The notes under the pieces: model-generated
The model's database searches: none
What the model was told of the DNA's origin: nothing
The model's input: the letters and a program-made list of their open reading frames with translations, nothing else
Source of the DNA: Chthonomonadales bacterium
Lineage (GTDB): Bacteria > Armatimonadota > Chthonomonadetes > Chthonomonadales > CAJBBX01
Direction of reading: 5' to 3'
Length of the DNA stretch: 13,201 nucleotides
Assembly: GCA_049967475.1 (NCBI GenBank)
Contig: JBMFSQ010000047.1
Span: 1-13,201, forward strand
Program-made: the position numbers and the translations under genes
Shown: positions 1 to 7,179 of the stretch, piece by piece
How the letters are laid out: each line of letters begins with the position of its first letter
Position numbering within the stretch: position 1 is the stretch's first letter

Positions 1-223
1 CCGTGCGCATTACGGGTGTTTCTCCGCCGATTGTGCTGCGCACGGTCAAGATCGGCATTCCGGCGATGCCCCACTCGGCCGGAGCAGGGTCCGAGATCTG
101 GGCTATAGAACCTATCTGTATCGGCACCGCTGCAGGCCGCATTTGGGGCCGGAAGCGTGCCGACGCAGCACCCATCGCCCCAAGGGTCAGCGCGATAGCC
201 ATAGTGGGCGCGAGCATTCTCAT
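1..223 (-). CDS. Hypothetical protein, probably secreted; 5' part only, runs off the left edge of the window
   Basis: Not in the ORF track. A strong SD (GGAGGAGGT) precedes ATG at 223, and the frame is open to position 1: MRMLAPTMAIALTLGAMGAASARFRPQMRPAAVPIQIGSIAQISDPAPAEWGIAGMPILTVRSTIGGETPVMRT... The N-terminus is signal-peptide-like (hydrophobic stretch ending ASA). Confidence 0.75.
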   Translation of the reverse strand, partial: MRMLAPTMAIALTLGAMGAASARFRPQMRPAAVPIQIGSIAQISDPAPAEWGIAGMPILTVRSTIGGETPVMRT

Positions 224-295
224 GGTAGACACCTCCTCCAGACCCCGGTTCTCGCACCCCGGGGTCCATCCGCCATCAAGACGCCGCGCACATGG

Positions 296-2032
296 CTAGG
301 GTTCCGAAACCCGCAAGATGCGCCATTCCCCAACCCGTTCGGCCTCGGTAATGCGTCTACCCAGTATTCCAGCCAGTTCCTGGGCGCAGCCCGCGGAGGC
401 CATTACGATGCACCCATGGTGCTGGGCAGCAAAAAGACGCACCTGCCCCGCCTCTTGAGCCTCCAGAACACGACTGCCGTGCCCGCGGCTATACGGCAAC
501 AGACCTTTCGGCAGATAGAAGAACACGCTCGGACGCCGCGGCCGTCCCAGGCACAGCGCCAAAGGGTACCCCAACCGCACGGCCTCGGCACCTGCGGTAT
601 GAGCCGCCACGTGGGCGGGATCTACCACCTGCCGCGAAAGCACAGGCATGAACCACGCAACCGCCGCCACAGGGAATGCCGCCATGAAGCCAACCAAAAC
701 CGGAGCCACAAGCCGCCGCAGTTTTGTCACGGCGGCCACCGATGCAAAGAAAGGACCTGCAGCCATGACGGCCAACGGCAAGATTGCCGCGTGAAGCAGG
801 GCTTGTTCCGGCGTCGTCAGCACTTCACGCCTGTGCGTCACAGCTCCAGCCATAGATAGGACCCATGAGCGGCGCATTACGAGGAGCAGCACAGCAAGCG
901 CCGTTACGGCCGCCAGCCCGAGCCAAACCGCGATGGCCGCCATCCGCCCATTCGGCCGAAGCTGCTGCATCAAGCCGTCAGCGGCCAGCAGCGCCGCTGC
1001 AGGGTACAACGGCAGGATGTAACTGACCAGTTTGGATCCTCCAGCCGAAAAGGCAACAAAGACTACGACGATCCAGATCCACAGGAAGGCGCGCACGGGC
1101 TGCCGCACATCTCCCGGCTGGGTACCCCTCAAAGCACCCTTCGCGCGCAATGCGCCAAGGGCTGCAGCGGCCACGCCGAAACTCCATGGAAAGGCCCCCA
1201 ACAGGAATGCCGGCACGTAGAACCACACTGGCGCTCTATGGGCCGTGTCTCCGCCTTGGAAGCGGCCCACGTGCTGCCGGATGATGTACTCCTCAAAGAA
1301 GGAGCCGCCATTGGCTCGATATGCCGCAATATGCCACGGCGCAGCAATCAACAGAAAAACTGCGATGCCTGCCAGCACTACACGCGCTGAAAGCAGCTTC
1401 CGGGCGCCCCAAGATCCCGTTCGCTGCAGCCAAAGCAGATAGGCTCCCGCTACGAGCGCCGGCAAGAGGATGCCCGGGGCCCCCTTCGCAAGCACCCCGG
1501 CCCCGCAGGCAGCCCAAGCTAATGTCGCAAGCACAAACTGAGTACCGGGCCGGGCGCCAAGGGATTCGTATCCCAGCATCAACGCCGTACACACGCACAG
1601 GTCCAGAAGCGCATCCGTGGTGAGCTGCCTCGCCTCCCCTACCACGAGCGGGGCAGTGGCGAAGAGCGCGGCGGCGAGCCAACCCGTTCCAACGCCGAAT
1701 TCCCGGCGGCCAAACCAAAAGACCAATCCCACCACCAACCCGGATGCAACGGCCGCAGGCAGCCGGGCTGTAAATTCGCTCCGTCCAAATAAACGGAAAC
1801 AGGCCCCAGCAGCCCAGTACGCCAGAGGAGGCTTCTCGAAAAAGGGCGATCCGTTCACCCGCGGCGTGACCCAGTCTCCGGTTCCGGCCATTTCACGAGC
1901 ACATTCCGCGTACAAACCTTCGTCCAGATCGAGAATGCCCACGCCCCCCAAGCGCCAAAAGTAGGCCGTATAGCATAAGACCGCAAGGCCGCACCACAGC
2001 GCTGCCTCGGAAAGCCACCTGGGCGATTTCAT
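296..2032 (-). CDS. ArnT/PMT-like GT-C polytopic membrane glycosyltransferase (paralog A), 578 aa
   Basis: ArnT-family motifs: DLDEGLYAECAREM, GDWVTPRVNG, FEKPPLAYW, EFTARLP, LAKG, PWH, PVWFY, SKLVSYILPLYP, plus many TM segments. Start moved from the track's 2152 to ATG 2032 (AGGA upstream, followed directly by TM1). Substrate unknown. Confidence 0.9.
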   Translation of the reverse strand: MKSPRWLSEAALWCGLAVLCYTAYFWRLGGVGILDLDEGLYAECAREMAGTGDWVTPRVNGSPFFEKPPLAYWAAGACFRLFGRSEFTARLPAAVASGLVVGLVFWFGRREFGVGTGWLAAALFATAPLVVGEARQLTTDALLDLCVCTALMLGYESLGARPGTQFVLATLAWAACGAGVLAKGAPGILLPALVAGAYLLWLQRTGSWGARKLLSARVVLAGIAVFLLIAAPWHIAAYRANGGSFFEEYIIRQHVGRFQGGDTAHRAPVWFYVPAFLLGAFPWSFGVAAAALGALRAKGALRGTQPGDVRQPVRAFLWIWIVVVFVAFSAGGSKLVSYILPLYPAAALLAADGLMQQLRPNGRMAAIAVWLGLAAVTALAVLLLVMRRSWVLSMAGAVTHRREVLTTPEQALLHAAILPLAVMAAGPFFASVAAVTKLRRLVAPVLVGFMAAFPVAAVAWFMPVLSRQVVDPAHVAAHTAGAEAVRLGYPLALCLGRPRRPSVFFYLPKGLLPYSRGHGSRVLEAQEAGQVRLFAAQHHGCIVMASAGCAQELAGILGRRITEAERVGEWRILRVSEP

Positions 2033-2155
2033 GGTGTTCCTATCCGCCGGCATCCCGTGATGCCTCCCGATCCGGCATCCACACGCCGACGGTAGACACT
2101 GATGCTCACCTTGGGGCCTCTCTTCCCTGGGCACATCGAGCCCAACGCCCACACG

Positions 2156-3244
2156 TCATTCCAGCGAAGCACCGCACGCATCAGCAAAAACCCGCTCCAG
2201 CGGAAGGACCGCCTCTTCACGCCGAAAGAGCCGTCGCGCGTTCGTCAAAAGGACGGGATCCGGTGGACGCGGTTCAGTCAGGGCTGCGCGCAACGCCTGG
2301 GTAAAATGACCAACGAGCAGTCGCTCGTCGCGATCTACACCGGTGATCGGCGTCATGTGGTCGCCGAAGTATTGCTCGGCTGCTTCCTCAAGGTTTTGTG
2401 CGGTTACGAGCCCGTAGACGCCGTCGTATCCTGCACCGACGGCATGGGCTCCCGCCGCCAGAGCCTCGATGCACGCATAGTTGCCGCCGGCCACCAATCT
2501 ACACGAGCCAAAAATCGGCGCCGTGTCCAGCACATCTGCCAAGACGCCGGCAAAGGGAGCCCCTATTTCAGCGTTGCGCCGCTGCACTGCCTCCTGAACC
2601 TGCCGCAGGTGGCTGCCCCGGCCTACGATCTGCACCCGCAGATCTGGAACCTCGGACCGAAGAGCTTGTGCTGCCTCCACAAAGGCCACCGCCAACGGCG
2701 CCTTTGTGCCGCTCAGCCGGGAGCAGTAGGCAATGTTTGGAGGCCGCTCGGCAAAGGGCTTCGCGCATTCCTCGAAATGATCCCAATCCACCATCCAGTA
2801 TAAACGGGTTATGCGCTGAGCGTCTGCCCCCAGGTTTGCGTAGTAGCGCCTCTGATACTCGTTCATCACAGTGATGGCGCGGGCTTGTCCCAAGTACCTA
2901 CACACCCGGGACGCTTTGAAAGGAGCATTCAGATTGAGCACGAGCGCCGCGCCGGTGCTGAAGCACGCCTTCGCCGTAACATGGAACTGAACGGGCATCA
3001 TCGGCATAACGACATCCACGCCGAGTTTGCGAATGAGGCGCCTAAGCCACATACTCTCCCAGGGATACCGCAAGGCGTGGATGAACACTCCGTCGAAGGC
3101 AGCTTCCATTTGACAGCGCACCTCGCCCGAAGCCGACACCAAATAGACACGATGCCCGCGGGCGCGCAGAGCCGGGCCCACGCTCCGGAGGAAGGTGTTG
3201 CCTCCACCTAAACCCATATCCCGGTTCACAAACAGGATGTTCAC
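2156..3244 (-). CDS. GT-B fold glycosyltransferase, family 4-like, 362 aa
   Basis: N-terminal MNILFV...GGGNT...LRARGHRVYLVS; C-terminal domain YCSRLSGTK, QIVGRG, CIEALAAG. The GTG start overlaps the upstream stop (GTGA at 3241-3244), implying translational coupling. Confidence 0.88.
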   Translation of the reverse strand: MNILFVNRDMGLGGGNTFLRSVGPALRARGHRVYLVSASGEVRCQMEAAFDGVFIHALRYPWESMWLRRLIRKLGVDVVMPMMPVQFHVTAKACFSTGAALVLNLNAPFKASRVCRYLGQARAITVMNEYQRRYYANLGADAQRITRLYWMVDWDHFEECAKPFAERPPNIAYCSRLSGTKAPLAVAFVEAAQALRSEVPDLRVQIVGRGSHLRQVQEAVQRRNAEIGAPFAGVLADVLDTAPIFGSCRLVAGGNYACIEALAAGAHAVGAGYDGVYGLVTAQNLEEAAEQYFGDHMTPITGVDRDERLLVGHFTQALRAALTEPRPPDPVLLTNARRLFRREEAVLPLERVFADACGASLE

Positions 3245-5031
3245 AGTTCCTTCCGGAGCCCATCTCCATTGCGGGAAGGTTCGCCCGGCTCCCCGCCTTT
3301 ACGCGTTGCCACATCCAATGTAGCCAAGACGACGTACCGCCCGCTTCCGGTGATCTGGATCGCCGAAGGGAAACCTCGTCTTACTTCCGCCGCACGGGAG
3401 CGATCGGTGATCACCAAAGCGCGCGAGTGGGCCCTGAGATAGGCGATCGTCTCCTCTGCATCGGCCAGGAACGGAACGCGGCCGGCCGAATGGAAAGGCA
3501 ATCGGGAGCCCAAATAGATCCATCCGGGCAAATAGAACAGCAGGCTCGGATGGCCTGGCCCGGGAATGCTGATGGCCGCTGCGGTTCCAGGCTTCAACAT
3601 CGAGCCGACTATGAGCGCCGTCCTTTCGAGGGGCCCGGTCATCGTAGCCTGGATCGCGGTGATCCCCTTCGTGACGCACAGAAGCACAAAGGCGCTGCAT
3701 GCTGCAACCAATGCCATCGTGCCCGCGTACCTGCGGCCTATAGCGCCCAGCAGCGCTGCGGCAACAGTACCCGCGGCGAGCAGCACCAATCCTGCGGCCA
3801 CAGCAGTTACTACGGGCTGAGGTACGGCTTCGTAGAGCCTGCGGGCCGTGTCGGTGCCTGCATAACGATGCAGCGCCCACAAAACGGCGCTTGCAGCCGT
3901 CACCGCCATCCCTGCGATGATCCCAAGGCAAACGCGCAACCATCGGCCTGCTCCCTGCCGCAATTCCTGGTCCAGCCAATCCCCAATGAGCAATGCCGCC
4001 GCAGGGTAAAGGGGCAGAAGGTAACTCACGAGTTTGGACACCATTCCGCTGAACATCACAAAGATGACCACAAACCACGTAAGCACGAGTAAACGGGCGC
4101 GCCTCAAATCACCGTCCTGATACTCCCCATTCGTTAAGGGTCCCGGGTGCCGGCGGAGGAGCACAATAGTGCGCCAAAGAGCCGGTGCAAGGAACACACT
4201 CCACGGGTAGAGGCTCAGCAGCAAAGCAGGAATGTAGTACCACACGGGTGCGCCGTGGTTGAAATCCTTGCCGTTGAGGATCTGCACGTTATGGTGCCAG
4301 AAGTACTCCTGGGCAAACAAGGGCCCGTTGGCGCGAGAGATGAGAACGTGCCAAGGAAGAACCACCGCAAGCAGGATTGGGATGCCCAACAACGGACGCG
4401 CCTCCCAAACCCGCCGCGCGATGGCATCCATTCGGAAACGTTGATCCAGGACCACGAACGCCAGGGCAACAAAGAGAGGCAGGATGCCCGGGAAGCTCTT
4501 TGCCAGGAAGGAGAGCCCGCACGATGCCCAAAGCCCGTAATACCAGCGCTTACCGCCCGGCGTTTTGGCCCTGTATCCGGCGAAAAAGCACAGGAGCGCG
4601 ACGGCAAACCAGAGGCTCTGATGGATATCCATCGTCATGAGGCGAGCCGTACCCAAAAAGATCGGGTTGAGAGCCAGTGCCGCCCCAGCCAGAAAACCGG
4701 CCCGTTCGCCGAAAAAACGTGCACCGAAGCCGTACGTAAGAAGCACCAGCGCTGATGCGGCGATCGCAACGGGAAGGCGGGCGGCCAACTCATTCACGCC
4801 GAACACGGCAAACGAAGCCGCTGCAAGCCAAAGGGCCAGAGGCGGCTTGTCGAACCACGGCACGGCGTTGATGGTGGGCGTCACAAAATCCTTCCTCAGG
4901 TACATCTCTCGAGCAACCTGAGTGTAGATTGCCTCATTGCTGTCCAGCAGCCCCACCGACCCCAATCGGCAGAAAAAGCAGAGGAAGCAGATTGCGCACA
5001 GCAGAAGCAGGTTCGCCCAGCGCACGGTCAT
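3241..5031 (-). CDS. ArnT/PMT-like GT-C polytopic membrane glycosyltransferase (paralog B), 596 aa
   Basis: Motifs DSNEAIYTQVAREM, DFVTPTIN, FDKPPL, ELAARLP, LAKS, PWH, HGAPVWYY, SKLVSYLLPLYPAAALL. Collinear with paralog A along its length. Confidence 0.9.
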   Translation of the reverse strand: MTVRWANLLLLCAICFLCFFCRLGSVGLLDSNEAIYTQVAREMYLRKDFVTPTINAVPWFDKPPLALWLAAASFAVFGVNELAARLPVAIAASALVLLTYGFGARFFGERAGFLAGAALALNPIFLGTARLMTMDIHQSLWFAVALLCFFAGYRAKTPGGKRWYYGLWASCGLSFLAKSFPGILPLFVALAFVVLDQRFRMDAIARRVWEARPLLGIPILLAVVLPWHVLISRANGPLFAQEYFWHHNVQILNGKDFNHGAPVWYYIPALLLSLYPWSVFLAPALWRTIVLLRRHPGPLTNGEYQDGDLRRARLLVLTWFVVIFVMFSGMVSKLVSYLLPLYPAAALLIGDWLDQELRQGAGRWLRVCLGIIAGMAVTAASAVLWALHRYAGTDTARRLYEAVPQPVVTAVAAGLVLLAAGTVAAALLGAIGRRYAGTMALVAACSAFVLLCVTKGITAIQATMTGPLERTALIVGSMLKPGTAAAISIPGPGHPSLLFYLPGWIYLGSRLPFHSAGRVPFLADAEETIAYLRAHSRALVITDRSRAAEVRRGFPSAIQITGSGRYVVLATLDVATRKGGEPGEPSRNGDGLRKEL

Positions 5032-5093
5032 AGAGCTTTAGAGCCACCCGGTTGGATGCAGAGGCACCCGGCCGGCGGAAATGAGCTGCGCAG

Positions 5094-5615
5094 CTAGCCC
5101 GCCGCCTCACGGGCAGCCGCGAGCGCCGCATCATAGTTGGGCTGATCCGTCACCTCCGGTACGTACTCTACGTAACGAATCGTGCCGTCAGGACCCACTA
5201 CAAATACGGCCCGTGCCTCCAGTCGCAGCACTTCGATGAGGGTCCCGTATGCCAGCCCGAAGGAAGCATCGCGGTGGTCGGACGCCGTCTGCAGCGAGTG
5301 AACCCCTTTCTCTCCACAAAAACGGGCCTGCGCGAACGGAAGGTCCATGCTCACGGTGAGAACTTCCACGTTGGGGGGGAGCTCCATCACGGCATCGTTG
5401 AAGCGCTTCGTCTGCATCTCACATACCGGGGTGTCCAAGGAAAACACGACACTCAGGATCAGCGTCTTGCCGGCATAGTCGTCCAGCGTAACATCCCGCA
5501 GCCCCTCGGGACTTCGTTGATGCAGGCGGAAGTTGGGAGCTGCATCCCCTACACGCAGCTCAGTACCCGCTAGCGGCAGGGGCGTACCCCGCATCGTTAC
5601 GGTTCGTTTGTTCAT
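5094..5615 (-). CDS. tpx: Thiol peroxidase (Tpx subfamily atypical 2-Cys peroxiredoxin), 173 aa
   Basis: Motifs VTMRGTP, LRVGDAAPNF, SLDTPVC (peroxidatic Cys), SMDLPFAQARFC (resolving Cys), SDHRDASFG, ARAVFVV, YVEYVPE, PNYDAAL. SD GAGGAGG lies 7 nt before ATG 5615. Confidence 0.95.
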   Translation of the reverse strand: MNKRTVTMRGTPLPLAGTELRVGDAAPNFRLHQRSPEGLRDVTLDDYAGKTLILSVVFSLDTPVCEMQTKRFNDAVMELPPNVEVLTVSMDLPFAQARFCGEKGVHSLQTASDHRDASFGLAYGTLIEVLRLEARAVFVVGPDGTIRYVEYVPEVTDQPNYDAALAAAREAAG

Positions 5616-5687
5616 AACCAAGCCTCCTCATCTTCAATCTCGCGGCACGTGCATCTTCGGCAGCCGCCAATCCCGAACGCCCACCCG

Positions 5688-6950
5688 CTATGGCGCTTCG
5701 TCATGGCCCTGCGGACAGAATTCCGACCCCGCGGGGCGCTTCGCCAAGGCAGATGCCACGGCTTTGAATACCACGTCTACAGTGATCGCCTGCATGCACA
5801 GGTTGTCGCGGCTCGGCGAGAAGCGGTGGTTGTACGCGCTCACGCAGGGGCTGCAGGCGAGTTCTGCGCTGATCGCCTGCGCCCTTGCCGTTCTGGAACC
5901 GTACAGCCGCGGCGTCTCGGGCCCGAAGCGCACCACGCTGTGAATGGGCGTAAGCGCTGCAAAATGACCAGGCCCGGAGTCGTTGGTCACGAGCACGTCA
6001 GCCATGCCGTAAAGGGTAAGCAGCTCCTCCAGCGTAGTGCGGCCCGCGACACTGAACACACGGGGCCGGCCCGCGCGCCCGGCAATGGCCTGGGCGGCCT
6101 CCTCCTCCGCCGGAGCTCCGGTAAAGAGGATCGCGCCGCGCGGGTACGCATCCGCCAGTCGTTGGGCCAACTCCACAAAGCGTTCCTCCGGCCACCGCCT
6201 CAGCGGAAGCAGATCGCTGGCATTCGGGTTCAAGAGCACAATCGGCCGGCCTATATTCCCTCCGGACACCTCCTCCAAAAGCCTGCAGACGCGCGCCTTC
6301 AGGTCCGAAGAGGGGTGAAACAAGGGCGGTTCGGGCAATACTTGGCTTCTAGCCCCTTTGTAGATACTGTCCGGCGTCGGTTCCTCGAAGGCAGCCCGTA
6401 CCAACACCTCGAAGAGCTCTGCCGTATGCAGGTAAGGATTGTAGCACACGCGGTGGGTCAGCAGATCCCCGCGATACACCGTTTCGGCCGTGAAGCGGTG
6501 CAGCCCCGCATGGATCCGGGCACCCGTTAGGTATGCGAAAATGGCGGATGCGCGCGAGAAGAATTCCATATCAATGGTGGTGTCTATCCCTAACCGGCGA
6601 ATACGGCGCAGACTGTGCGCAAGGTCCCTTAGGAACACACCCGGATGGGAGGCATCAATCTCGAAGATGTTCGCGGGCGGAACCATGCCCATGACATCCA
6701 GGATTGGACAATTCTGCTTGAAGACCCAAAAGTATACGTTCTCGCGTCCCACGCGCTGGACGGCCCACTGCACTGCGGGATACGCCAGAACCGTAGCCCC
6801 CTGCTCGATGAGCTTGATGAAGAGGACCTTTCGAGGATGTCCTGGGGACTTCGGCCTCCTCACCTCACAAATTCGCCGCAGAAGCGTAAGAAGGGCGCAT
6901 AAGGGAACGCCAACCATGCGATCCAAGAGGCGGATTGTGGCAGGGCTCAA
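5688..6950 (-). CDS. Glycosyltransferase family 9 (ADP-heptose:LPS heptosyltransferase-like), 420 aa
   Basis: Motifs LDRMVGVPLC, KVLFIKL..QG, LLNPNAS...RRWPEERF, AGRTTLEEL, VTNDSGPGHFA, FGPETP, CSPC. SD GGAGG lies 7 nt before TTG at 6950, preferred over the track start at 7025. Confidence 0.88.
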   Translation of the reverse strand: MSPATIRLLDRMVGVPLCALLTLLRRICEVRRPKSPGHPRKVLFIKLIEQGATVLAYPAVQWAVQRVGRENVYFWVFKQNCPILDVMGMVPPANIFEIDASHPGVFLRDLAHSLRRIRRLGIDTTIDMEFFSRASAIFAYLTGARIHAGLHRFTAETVYRGDLLTHRVCYNPYLHTAELFEVLVRAAFEEPTPDSIYKGARSQVLPEPPLFHPSSDLKARVCRLLEEVSGGNIGRPIVLLNPNASDLLPLRRWPEERFVELAQRLADAYPRGAILFTGAPAEEEAAQAIAGRAGRPRVFSVAGRTTLEELLTLYGMADVLVTNDSGPGHFAALTPIHSVVRFGPETPRLYGSRTARAQAISAELACSPCVSAYNHRFSPSRDNLCMQAITVDVVFKAVASALAKRPAGSEFCPQGHDEAP

Positions 6951-7018
6951 TTCGATGCCTCCGCGGGCGAGCACGCGCAACCCGGGGCGCCCATGCCGTG
7001 CGGGGTCGCAGGCTCTCG

Positions 7019-7177
7019 TCAGCAACAGCGGCGGGGATGCCGATACCGGGCTTCGATTTCCGCCGCATAATCCGTGCCGGCTGCGGGCGCCTCATTGGGC
7101 AGACCGAAGAGGCCGCGCATCAGATCGGCCAGAGCCTCCAAAACAATCCGCACGCGCGTCGCCACTCCCGCTCCCAT
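7019..7177 (-). CDS. Short, divergent YbdD/YjiX (DUF466)-like CstA-associated peptide, about 52 aa
   Basis: MGAGVATRVRIVLEALADLMRGLFGLPNEAPAAGTDYAAEIEARYRHPRRCC*. Starts 2 nt after the cstA stop and ends RY...RCC like YbdD/YjiX, which are known to follow cstA/yjiY. It is the 3' end of the track's 7019..7660 ORF. Confidence 0.75.
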   Translation of the reverse strand: MGAGVATRVRIVLEALADLMRGLFGLPNEAPAAGTDYAAEIEARYRHPRRCC

Positions 7178-7179
7178 GG

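Noticed and set aside
241..266. 8-bp stem GACCCCGG/CCGGGGTC just upstream of the SD of the leftmost gene
   Set aside because: No U-tract, and it does not sequester the SD, so no function is supportable.
2440..2500. GT4 lacks the first Glu of the EX7E motif (AGGNYACIE)
   Set aside because: Variation at the first position is known in GT4-like proteins and is not evidence of inactivation.
5048..5095. GC hairpin and 12-bp palindrome AGCTGCGCAGCT between tpx and ArnT-like B
   Set aside because: No U-tract and no second copy; cannot be distinguished from chance in GC-rich DNA.
5795..5860. GT9 C-terminal CSPC...SPS...C, with a possible Cys-to-Ser change (AGC vs TGC)
   Set aside because: A single change in a variably conserved tail; cannot be judged without an alignment.
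6947..7021. Selenocysteine read-through of the TGA after RCC. A 7-bp stem (GCGACCC/GGGTTGC) follows, and the next in-frame TGA overlaps the GT9 TTG start.
   Set aside because: Some DUF466 proteins are selenoproteins, but here both terminal residues are already Cys codons (TGT TGC) and the family ends at this point. The stem is not a convincing SECIS, and the overlap is easily chance.
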